From the NCBI GenBank assembly GCA_030390025.1, contig CM059432.1, positions 33,544,001 to 33,608,000 of the forward strand: 64,000 nucleotides of DNA, in the 5' to 3' direction. Made by a program: the position numbers and the translations under genes. Of this stretch, positions 36,700 to 47,240 are shown one piece after another. The DNA comes from Squalus acanthias. Lineage: Eukaryota. The number at the start of each line of letters is the position of its first letter. The first letter of the stretch is position 1. The notes under the pieces are model-generated. The model did no database searches and was not told where the DNA came from. It saw only the letters and a list, made by a program, of their open reading frames with translations.

Positions 36700-37239
36700 T
36701 CAGTGGTACAGGGTAGGGTAATAAGGTCAGTGGTACGGGGCAGGGTAATAAGGTCAGTGGTACGGGGTAGGGTAATAAGGTCAGTGGTACGGGGCAGGGT
36801 AATAAGGTCAGTGGTACGGGGTAGGGTAATAAGGTCAGTGGTACGGGGCAGGGTAATAAGGTCAGTGGTACGGGGCAGGGTAATAAGGTCAGTGGTACGG
36901 GGCAGGGTAATAAGGTCAGTGGTACGGGGCAGGGTAATAAGGTCAGTGGTGCGGGGCAGGGTAATAAGGTCAGTGGTACGGGGCAGGGTAATAAGGTCAG
37001 TGGTACGGGGCAGGGTAATAAGGTCAGTGGTACGGGGCAGGGTAATAAGGTCAGTGGTACGGGGCAGGGTAATAAGGTCAGTGGTACGGGGCAGGGTAAT
37101 AAGGTCAGTGGTACGGGGCAGGGTAATAAGGTCAGTGGTACGGGGCAGGGTAATAAGGTCAGTGGTACGGGGCAGGGTAATAAGGTCAGTGGTACGGGGC
37201 AGGGTAATAAGGTCAGTGGTACGGGGCAGGGTAATAAGG
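36700..37239. repeat. 27-bp minisatellite, ~20 near-perfect copies
   Basis: Unit TCAGTGGTACGGGGCAGGGTAATAAGG. Confidence 0.97.
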
Positions 37240-38389
37240 AGGCAGACCCAACTGAATGCTGAAGTAGAAAAACACAAAACTGAGCCGGGAATGAAGCAAT
37301 CAAGTGGTTGATGTTACTGGGAAGTTGGCAAGTTACCTTGTTTTTTTCAGATCGTCAAAGCCGGAGATAACTATCTCTCCTCCCCCCCACCGCCCCTCCC
37401 AGCTCCCCAGGCTAGTTGGCTAGTGGAATATACCAGCCCCGTGCATAAATCATCTCTTGGCTGCAGTTAGTTTTCCTTTTGGGGCCCAAGTAGCAGCATC
37501 TGCTTTAAAGAAAAATGCGCTCTGTACAAAATAAAAATATTACAGGTGTTATTTTTGGAGAAAATCTTTTATTTCAAATGTGATTTAAATTTGAAAATAA
37601 AGTAGGACTTGTTGTGAGTCCTCGCCTCCCGCCTCTGTGCAGTTGATCCCATTCAGCTAGCCTAATGTCAAAGGTTAGCCCGAATTCCAGCGGGTAGCTG
37701 AGTATAGAGATGTGGGCCTTGAAATTCTATCTTTTCAGGGTTCAATATGGCAGTGCATGTGCCCGTCATATGCCAGAAGTGCGCCGCCCGCCATATTAAC
37801 TCCTCTGTAGACGTCCAGGGCGGGCATGAAACAGGCATTAGTCTTCCTTGCAAAAGTTCTCCCGGTGACCTAACCAATATTTATCCCCTAACCAACATCA
37901 CTATTACACATATTGCTCGGCTATTTCAGAGGGCAGTTAAGAGTCAACCATGTTGGTGTGGGACTGGAGTCACACATAGGCCAGACTGGGATTGGATGAA
38001 TCAAAACTTGCTGTAACTTAAGGATGGCAGGTTTAACTTCCCTAAAGGACATTAGTGAGCCACCTGGGGTTTTGTGATAGCTTCATGGTCTTTCTGATAG
38101 ATTGCCAGTTTTTTAAAAAACTGAATTCAAATTTTCAAACTGTAATGGTGGGATTTGAACTCTCAGTGGGATTACTAGTCCAGTAACAAAACCACTACAC
38201 CACCATACCCGTACTTAATTGGAGATGAGACAGTTGTAGAGATCGATAGAAGTGTCAATGCCATCCCAGATTTAGGGAAGTTTGAGAGGGCACGTATGAT
38301 GGAGTTGGGAGAATGTTTTTCCAGGAGTGTTAAGAATTTTGGCAAAGGGGGTCATAGGAGAAAGGAGGTGATGAAGTGATTGGATGCCT

Positions 38390-38825
38390 TTAGTGTCACC
38401 TTGGCTCAGTGGTTGTACTCATACCTCTATGTCAGAAGGTTGTGGGTTGACGACTCCAGGACTTGTGCGCATAATCTAGGCTCGCACTCCAGTGCAGGAC
38501 TGAGGGAGTGCTGCATTGCCCAGAGGTGTCGCCTTTCAGATGATATGTTAAACCCTGCTGCTCCCTGTTCAGGTGGTTGTAAACAATCACACAGTACTAT
38601 TCAAAGAAAAGCAGGGGAGTTCTCCCAGTTTCCTGTCCAACATTCCTCTCTTAACCTACACCACCAAACACAGATTTAGTGATCATTTATCTCCTTGCTG
38701 ATTGTGGGACCTTGCTGTGCACAAATTGGCTGCCGTGTTAGCTTAGAGAATAATGGTGACTACACTTCAAAGGTAGTTCATTAGCATTGAGGATATGAAT
38801 GGCACTATATAAATGCAAGTTATTA
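38390..38825 (+). mobile_element. DeuSINE
   Basis: Head, Deu domain, tail. Confidence 0.82.
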
Positions 38826-38879
38826 CTTTCTGTGATGAAAAGGTTACAGGGGAGGCAATGTGCATACGAATGGGGAGTT

Positions 38880-39760
38880 GAATGTGGAGAATGAGGTTGA
38901 GGGAGCTAAGCAGTGCAAGGAGAATGGCTGTGGTGGAGAAAAGAGAGAGAGAAAGAGAAAGAAAGAGAGATAATACTTGGGATAATATGATGCTCTATTC
39001 TGCCAAAATTGGTTTAAGCATTGGAATTTAGAGAGAAGAGCAGGACAATGGAGCCGAGAGAGAGAGAGGAGGGGGTGAAAATGGAGTTGAGAGAGAGAAG
39101 ACAGGAGATAGAGAAAATGATGGCAATGGAGAGGGGAGTTTACTGAAAGGGGAGAGAGACTTACAGAAATTGTGGAGAATGGAGCTGAGTGGCACGAGAG
39201 AGAAAATGGAGCTTATGGGATGAGAGAAAGTAGTTGAAAGAAAGAGGGAAAAGAGAAGGTAGAGCCGAAAGAAAGGGGAGAGAGAATGGAAACAATAGAG
39301 AGGATGCAGGAGAGAGAGAATGGTGCTGAGAGAGGAGAAAGACTATTACATGCTGGCTTCAGTCCAGCTTGAAGGAGAGACAGACAGAGAGTGAAGAGCT
39401 CTCAGGAACAATTTTCATTATAAGCTGGCCCTAGTTCAGCTTATTTATGAGACAGAGAAAGGGAAGGGAACTCATCGAGAAAGGCCTCGCTATAGACTGG
39501 TCTCTGTTCAGCTGGTTTATTTGAGAGAGAAAGAGACAAAAAGACAATGAGTGAGGCCTACAAACAGGCCTCACTGTGGACTGATTCTAGCCCAGCTGTT
39601 TATGACTGTGTGAGAGAGACGATAGAACACTCTGAGAAAGGCCTCACTATAGTCTGGCCTTAGGCCAACTTGTTATGTGAGAGAGAGAGGCGAGTGAGAG
39701 AGATGGAATTCAGAGGGAAAGGAATCACTATAGATTGGCACTGCTCCAGCTTGTTTTGGA
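38880..39760. repeat. Purine-rich tract followed by a degenerate ~60-70-bp tandem repeat
   Basis: GA-rich; recurring CACTATAGACTGG..CTAG.CCAGCTTG..GAGAGAG. Confidence 0.65.
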
Positions 39761-40134
39761 GTTGAAGTATTCCTTCAGCTCTTTAAAGGGTTCAAAAGGG
39801 TTCACGAATTCTACTAATTAAAACAAAATAAATATCTCCTTCAGATTTCCACTTGATCATTTTGAAACAATTTACACATTCCATAATACAGCCAGACTGG
39901 GATGGACAAGCTGTGTGCGATTCAGGAACAGCTGAAACCCCACAGAGACAGAGCAGTGCACTTGTTGTTTGTAGAGCTTAATGGAAAATACATATGCTGA
40001 GCTCGGCCTTAAACATGTACATCTGGCTATTGTTGATAGCCTGCTGCAGGAGGTTTGTGTAAAGAATGAGCTGCTATTTTTTTCCTATAACAATTCTGAG
40101 CACAATTCTCTTACACACAGCTTTCTCCTCTTCA

Positions 40135-40310
40135 TAGATTCTTACAGCACAGAAACTGGCCATTCGGCCCATCGTGCCTGTTCCGAGCCTTTGAAAGAGC
40201 TATGGAATTAGTCCCACTCCCCTGCTCTATCCCTTAGCCCATCATTTTTTCCTTTTCAAGTATATATCCAATTCCCTTTTGAAAGTTACTATTAAATCTG
40301 CTCCTACCAC
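40135..40310 (-). mobile_element. CR1 3' end
   Basis: Reverse complement of the CR1 tail. Confidence 0.75.
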
Positions 40311-40841
40311 CTCAGCTCAGCAATGGGGATGGGCCGATTCAGTTTCAGAGGTCTGAAATTTGCCTGTTACGCCTTGCCTATTCTCACTAGGTTTAGCATG
40401 CCAAACGAGGCACGTTCCCGGTGTGTGGTGCTTAGCGAGAGATGGGCGAGTCGTCAGGACCAACTGCGAGTAAAACCACCCTTCTGGGTGCAGTTGCTTG
40501 CCATGCAGAGATCCTACCTTTAGGGCTCACCCCATGCACCCCAATGTTAAGGCTGACACATGAATAAAAGGCCCACTTTGGGTGAGATATATGCCTACAG
40601 AAGGGAGAACACTATAGAGGAGAAACAATTGTGGGGAAAGAGCCTGGCAGTTCATTCGTGGATTTGTTTTTCTCCTCTTTTTGAAAGCACCCAGACTTCT
40701 GGCTAGTCACCCTTCTAAAGGCACAGTAGAAATGAACAAACTACCGAGTGGGAAAGCACAAGCTGTCAACCTGCCAGCTACTAGCTGTGCCTTTATACGT
40801 CAATAGACTAAAGTACTTTGTTATTTTCCTATCACCCCAGT

Positions 40842-41215
40842 TAAGCTTGGCTCAGGGGTAGCACTCTTGCCTCCGAGTCAGAAGGTTTTGGCTTCAAGAG
40901 CTACTCCAGGACTTGAGAACATAATCCAGGTTGACAGTCCGCATTTGGGGATTGTTAAGAGGTGCTGTTCTTTGGATTAGAAGTTAAACTAAGGCATTGT
41001 CTGCTTGCTCCAGATGGATATTAAAGATCCCATGGCACTATTCAAAAAAGAGCAGGGAGTTGTCCTGGACAACATTCCTCCCTCAACCAATGTCACCATG
41101 CCAGGGTCATTCATCCAGTTGCTCTTTGTGGGATCTTGCTGTTTACCTACATAGTAACAGTACATGACGCATTTTGAGACCTTTCTGAGAGATATGATAA
41201 GGTGTTATTTAAACT
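40842..41215 (+). mobile_element. DeuSINE, degenerate
   Basis: Head and Deu domain. Confidence 0.75.
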
Positions 41216-41487
41216 TTCTCAAGCTGTAATGAATGCGCAACACAAATACTAAAATTCAAGACTACCCTAGTGGGTTGGGGGAAGGGGGTCTGCGTTGCCG
41301 CAGTGCAAGTTCATCAGAAAATGTGAAATAGAATAGACACTGGAGAGCGGGTCGATTGGACTGCAGTCCTCATGCAGAAAACACACACCAACCTGGAACC
41401 AATAAGAGAATTCTCACACTGTTATGTTGCTATGGCAACAGTCAGTTGCTGTTAGGCTTGGCTGCTATAGCAGGGTACAGAGCCATG

Positions 41488-41610
41488 GACACACAGACAC
41501 ACAAACACACAGATGCACAAACACATGTAAGCACACACACACACTCACACACACAGATAAATGCACACTCACACACTCCCTCTCTACACACCTATGTATA
41601 AACACACACA
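41488..41610. repeat. Imperfect (CA)n tract
   Basis: Direct observation. Confidence 0.75.
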
Positions 41611-41841
41611 ATAACATAAAGGCACACAGCTGCATAAACATAAAACTACAGGAGGTGATTATACAAGATGAGGCCCCCAGTACAGACCTTTGCAAACGGC
41701 GATTATGGGATGGATAATCAGTGCCTCAATGTTGTAGCCCCATGTCCAAACAGTTAGTGAGGATCCAGAGAAACACACACACATGAACACGTAGAAGTTA
41801 TCTGTACCTCACAAAGGAGTAATGCCTTCATAGGCATGATG

Positions 41842-42025
41842 CTGCCAGTGGCAGTAAAGGTGACAACTGCCTTGAACTTTATTGCCTTGGGTTATTTCCA
41901 GGGTACCAGGGTGGACATCAGCAACAACAATCGATCTGCAATGCATCGCTGCATAAAATAGGTGACTGATGCCTTGCTAGAGCAAACAAGTACATCACTT
42001 TCTCTATGGACACCAGGGAGCAAAA
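41842..42025 (+). pseudogene. Harbinger transposase fragment
   Basis: Translates LPVAVKVTTALNFIALGYFQGTRVDISNNNRSAMHRCIK*VTDAL, matching LSVAVKVTVALNFYATGSFQAAVGDLANISQFAVHRCIRQVTNAL of the intact copy; contains a stop and a frameshift. Confidence 0.85.
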
Positions 42026-42999
42026 GTCCCAACTGATTCCCACAAGTGCAGGGGGTAATTTATTCCACCCATATTACCTTTCATATACACAAATAGACAC
42101 AGACAGACAGATATGTAAATATACACACAATTACAGATACACAGTTACAATGCATAGACAGTCATATAAATACACAAATCATAGATACTTGTACGAAGAC
42201 ACACACATGCTTCTTTACTGCTCCAACATGTTGTCATGTGCATGTCCACTCTATGGTTGTTGTGGGGATGGAACAGGTTGGTTGATGAAGGGGTGGAACA
42301 GGTTGGTTGTGCGGGCGGCACTGGTTGGTTGTTGTAGAGGTAGAATAGGCAGGTTGTTAGGGTGGCAAAGGTTGTTTGGTGTGGGAGTGGCAAAGTTTGA
42401 TTGGTGTGGGAAAAGGAAAGAAAGTCATAACGGTGCAGTACAGGGTGCCATTCTAGGGTTGGGACTAAGGATCATTACTGGGACAGTTAAAGGGAGCTTT
42501 AGTCTGCATCTAGCTGTGCTACACCAGACCTGGACATGCTTGATGCTGACACTAGCACCAGGTATTTCCTCGGAGAGTTCTCCCGATTGGCTGCTATAAT
42601 TTCAGCAGAAGATCGGTGTAAATCCAGTTTATCTGGGGTTCCTGACGCTCTTCCGCCGAAGTTGATCAGAGACTCCCCAAAGAAATTCCCAGTGTCAGTA
42701 TCTGAAATGGGAAAGAATTCCATCCTTTAACACAAATATCCCACACTTTAACTATAAATCTGGATTTATGGGGCCCTGCAACAAATAGAAGGTATCTCCA
42801 CATGATGGGTCACAGTAATGGCACAGAGAAACGGGACCATATAGATCAGGAGGTCCCAGGTTTGATCCAATCTCAGCCAAGGCAGCAGTAGGATCTTTAC
42901 AATCAGCTTCAGTGAACGATGACCCTACGCCAGAGCAGGGAAAATCAGCCAGAGCTCCAGATCCTAATCTAGTAACTCCTGCTGGACAGCTATCCACAA

Positions 43000-43400
43000 C
43001 AATGAAGTACTTTTGAAGTGTACTCACTATTGTAATGTAGAAAATGTAGGGGCCAATTTGCACACAGCAAGGACCCACAAACAGCAATGTGATAAATGGT
43101 TAGATAATCTGTTTGTTTAGTGATGTTGGTTGAGATTGAAATATTAGCCAGGACACCAAGGAGAACTCCCTACTCTTCTTCGAAATAGTGCCGTGGGATC
43201 TTTTACGTCCACCTGAGAGAGCAGACAGGGCCTCGGTTTAACATCTCATCCGAAAGACGGCACCTCTGACAGTACAGCACTCCCTCAGTACTGCACTGGA
43301 GTGTCAGCCTAGATTTTTGTGCTCAAGTCTCTGGAGTGATACTTGAACCCACAACCTTCTGACTCAGAGGCAAGAGTTCTAGCACTGAGCCAAGGCAGAC
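43000..43400 (-). mobile_element. DeuSINE
   Basis: Well-conserved match on -. Confidence 0.88.
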
Positions 43401-44234
43401 GCATACCGGGAAATTAGGGCAGTGGCTAGTGTTGCAAACTTGGAAAATTGCTCCCTGTGCGTGCCTTTCTTTCTCCCCCCCCCACCCCCCCAGAAGTTCT
43501 GCATGTGGGAAAATTCCATTGCGTTGCACTTGTAGGAAACAGATGAAATTTCATAACATGGAGCCTCACAATCAATTCCACCCGCTCTGTTTCTGCTTTA
43601 TTTCCTCAGCTGATCCCCGTGCAAAGAAAATACAGCATCGGCAGGCAGTGGTGAAGTGAAAACATCCTCAGGGTTTTATTGTTTTCCGCAGGGAGTGAGT
43701 TCCAACCTTTTCACCTTTTCTCGGAGACACTGCGTGGAAAGTTTGCAGCCTCTGGCTGAAGTTCCTGAATTAAGAGAGTTATTCCGGTTTGGAATTTTCT
43801 TTCTGTACCTGGCTGATGCCTTGCTGCTTTCTCACTTCCTGCAAAAGAAGTCTCCTGGAAACCTACTTTCTAAAAAATCTGCAAGCAGTTCCCAACCCCC
43901 CTCCCCCTCCCCTCTCCCTCCCCTCTTGCTCCCCCTTAATCTTTCCCATGTGACCTCCTCTTCCTCTTGAAAAGTGCTTGGATATATTCCGTGTGAAGGG
44001 AGGTATCTAAATGCAAAGTAAAGAACAAAAAATAATAAAGGCTTGCACTTACATAGTTCAATTATCTCAGAAACATCTCACAGACAATAAATTACTTTGA
44101 AGTGCAGTCGCTGTTGTTACATGGATAAAAGCAGCAGCCAATTGATACACAGCAGGATCCCATGCATAGCAATTTTGGTGGTGCTGTTGGTTGAGGGAGG
44201 AATTTTGGCCAGGAGAAACTACCATTCTCACAGT

Positions 44235-44620
44235 AGGTATTGCGTAAATTAGATGCAGAGTAAAGATCCCTCCACATAGTCTGATCCAGTCAAGCACTCC
44301 CAGGTTAGGTAGAGCATGGGTTATGTACAGAATAAAGCCCCTTCTTCACTGACTGATCTTATCAAGCATTCCCAACTCAGGTGGGTTCCATACAGTGTAC
44401 AACTCTCTCTATGCTACTCGATCAAACACTCCCAGGTCAGTTACAACGCAGGCTACATACAGAGTAAAGCTCCCTTTACACTGACCCATTAAGCACTCCC
44501 AGTGGCAGGGGTAACCTAGGTTGCATACGCAGTAAAGCTCTGATTCTATCGAGCACTCCGAGCTCTTTGTGCATCAACTACTCCCAGGTTAGGTATACTA
44601 GTGTGGTATAGCTCACATTA
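44235..44620. repeat. Degenerate ~55-60-bp tandem repeat
   Basis: Recurring CAGAGTAAAGCTCCCT...TCAAGCACTCCCAGGT. Confidence 0.75.
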
Positions 44621-44784
44621 CCCTTGTACCAGTGTTCCTTTATCATACTTTTAAAAGAGCATCCTCTAGTGTACCAGTGTGATCCTGGTATTTTCCATCC
44701 CTGTACTTACACGATCTCTCTGGCTGAGATTGCTGCTAAATTAGAGATAGGTTTGAGGGATGGGTTTGCACCCAATTTTAAAAA

Positions 44785-45070
44785 AAAATATTTGTTCTCG
44801 GGATGTCGGCGTTGCTGGCAAGTCAGAATTTATTGCCCATCTCCAGTTGCCTTGAGAAGATGGTGGTGGGCCTTCTTCTTGAACCATTTGTGGTAATGGT
44901 GCTCACACAATGATATTAGGTGGGGACATTCCAGGATTCTGACCCAGTGATGATGAAGAAACGGCGATTTATGTCCAAGTCAGGATGGCATTTAACTCAG
45001 AGTTGAACTCGCAGGTGGTGATGGTCCCATGACCTTGCCGCTCTTGTCCATCTCGTTGGTGGAGGTCAAG
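44785..45070 (-). mobile_element. LINE family B 3' fragment
   Basis: Matches 33660-33950. Confidence 0.75.
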
Positions 45071-45504
45071 GGAGTTAAGATTGGCGCAAACTTATCAAAC
45101 CCAAAGATTTTATTTCATTAATCTGGGCTGTATATGAACCCAGGTCTCAGAGGTGAATGGCTTGCACCAACTAGCCACCTAACAAAGAGCAATGGTTTTC
45201 ATCCTATCTGTCTAGTTTGCATTCAAACCTGGGGGAGAAAGAAGAAAGTCTAACCTAGTGTGTCACCGTTTTCTCCATTCAGAACACTTAAAAAATATTA
45301 AACAGGAGCTGATATTCACTGGAAGATTAGCCAGGAGAGTTTAATGTCTAATGTACTCAATGACATAAAAATAACAGTTCTGGCAGTACAGTTACTGGTG
45401 AGGGAACGCCTCTCTGTAATACAGAGCTGCTCACAGTCCAGAGTCTTGCCTTCCTCCTACAATGTAATGCTTTTAAAACCCAAGTTTTGTGTCACCTAAT
45501 CAGT

Positions 45505-45875
45505 AAAAGAAAGACTTGAATTTATATTGCACTTTTCACGACCTCAGGACGTCCAAAAGCACTTTACAGCCAAATAAGTACTTTTTGGAGTTATAGTCAC
45601 TGTTGTAATGTAGAAAATCTTGGCAGCCAATTTGTGCACAACAAGATCCCACAAACAGCAATGAGATAAATGACCAGATAATCTGTTTCTTAGGTGTTGG
45701 TTGAGGGATAAATTAGCCCAGGCCATAGAGGAGAACTCCCCTGCTCTTCTTCGAATAACACTATGAGATCTTTTACGTCCACCTGAGAGGGCAGACGGGG
45801 CCTCGGTTTAATGCCTCATCTGAAAGACGGCACCTTCAACAGTGGCAAGAATGCTATCACTGAGCTAAGGATGAC
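45505..45875 (-). mobile_element. DeuSINE
   Basis: Tail, Deu domain, partial head. Confidence 0.85.
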
Positions 45876-46769
45876 CTTTGAACTCAAGTACTAGTTGATT
45901 TGCCTGGTCTCTCCTATTCTTTCCAGCCTCAGTAGCACTATTCCCTGCAGATCTAGGTTTCTCAGTATAGAAAAAAAGTATCAGTTTTCCGAGGTTTTTA
46001 TGAGTCTGACAATTTCAGCTGCACAATACAATGAGACAACCATCCATCAGCAAACTCTGACATCTGAAATTCCTTTCGGTCTCTCTCTCTCTCGTGCTAT
46101 TTTTTTTTCAATGACCTGGGAACTGGAGCTGAAGTCAAATTTCCTGCACTGATGAAAAATAAAGAAAGATGATTTGATATTCCTTTGGAAATCCCGGTTT
46201 CCTCTCACTGGGATCAGCTGCTTTCCATTCGCCTGCAAAAAGCAGCACATCGCACGTGTGAGAGTGTGAGAGACAACCTGATCCTCGCAACCACACCCGG
46301 GCAGATGATTGACAGGCTACAGGGAACAAACTGCCACCACCAGTTCCAAGTACCTTCCGCCTTTTAACCCTTTCAGGACCTCGGAGGAAGGCAGGGCTCA
46401 CTCTTAGGCCAAGCCAGACTGCAGTACAGTTCACGAAAAAAAAGAAACACACAGACTTCACCAGTAGAGGGCAAGAACTTTCTATTTTCTGAACATAATC
46501 TAATTACACATTTGGAAGGGTAACGCTACAGAAGGGAGGCTGAGGCTGGAGCGAGGTTGTGATTTCCTGCTTTTAACTCCTGGCCCAACTTTAAAAATGA
46601 AAAAAATTGTTACAGAAATAAATGTCTCTCTTCTACAAACTCATCATCTCGATTAGTGTACAGCTCAGGAAGCAAAAAGGGTCTTTCACCGAAGGTCAGA
46701 AAATGGTAAATAAAGAGTTTATCCAGAGCAAGCTGCCTGAAAGTACAGAGTGAGCACAGTTCTCTCAAA

Positions 46770-46935
46770 TTAAAACAGAAAATGCCCAGCAGGTCTGGCA
46801 CCATCTGAAAGACAGAAGTCAAGGGTTAATGTTTCAGATGTAAACTATTTGCAGGCTCTCCACCTCATATGTTAACCTGTCTTTTCTCTTACAGACGATG
46901 ACGACTTGCTAAGTATTTCCAGCATTTTCTTTCTC
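46770..46935. mobile_element. Older Penelope-like inverted fragment
   Basis: Degenerate match to 50555-50777. Confidence 0.55.
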
Positions 46936-46944
46936 TCTACTGCA

Positions 46945-47140
46945 ATTTAACTCATTACCAGCCATCTATTTCCTCCATGTAATTTACTACCAGCTGTCCA
47001 CTGTTTCTGTGTAACTCACTACCAGCCATCTATCACCTCTGTGTAATTCGCTACCAGCCGTCTATTGTCTCTGTGTAACTCACTACCAACTTTCTAATTC
47101 CTCCGTGTAACTCACTACCAAACATCTATTTCCTTGATGT
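46945..47140. repeat. ~31-bp minisatellite, left half
   Basis: GTAACTCACTACCAGCCATCTATTTCCTCCGT units. Confidence 0.85.
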
Positions 47141-47240
47141 CATTTATTTTTCATTCACGGGATGTGGGCATCGCTGGCAAAGCCAGCATTTACTGCACAT
47201 CCCTAATTACCCTTGAGAAGGTGGTGGTGAGCCGCCTTCT

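Noticed and set aside
36489..37311. Three long ORFs (212-262 aa) and a CRISPR-like appearance
   Set aside because: Products of a stop-free 27-bp tandem repeat; no unique spacers and no cas genes.
42006..42599. 197-aa ORF
   Set aside because: Crosses low-complexity CA/GT-rich and repeat sequence; no coding signature.
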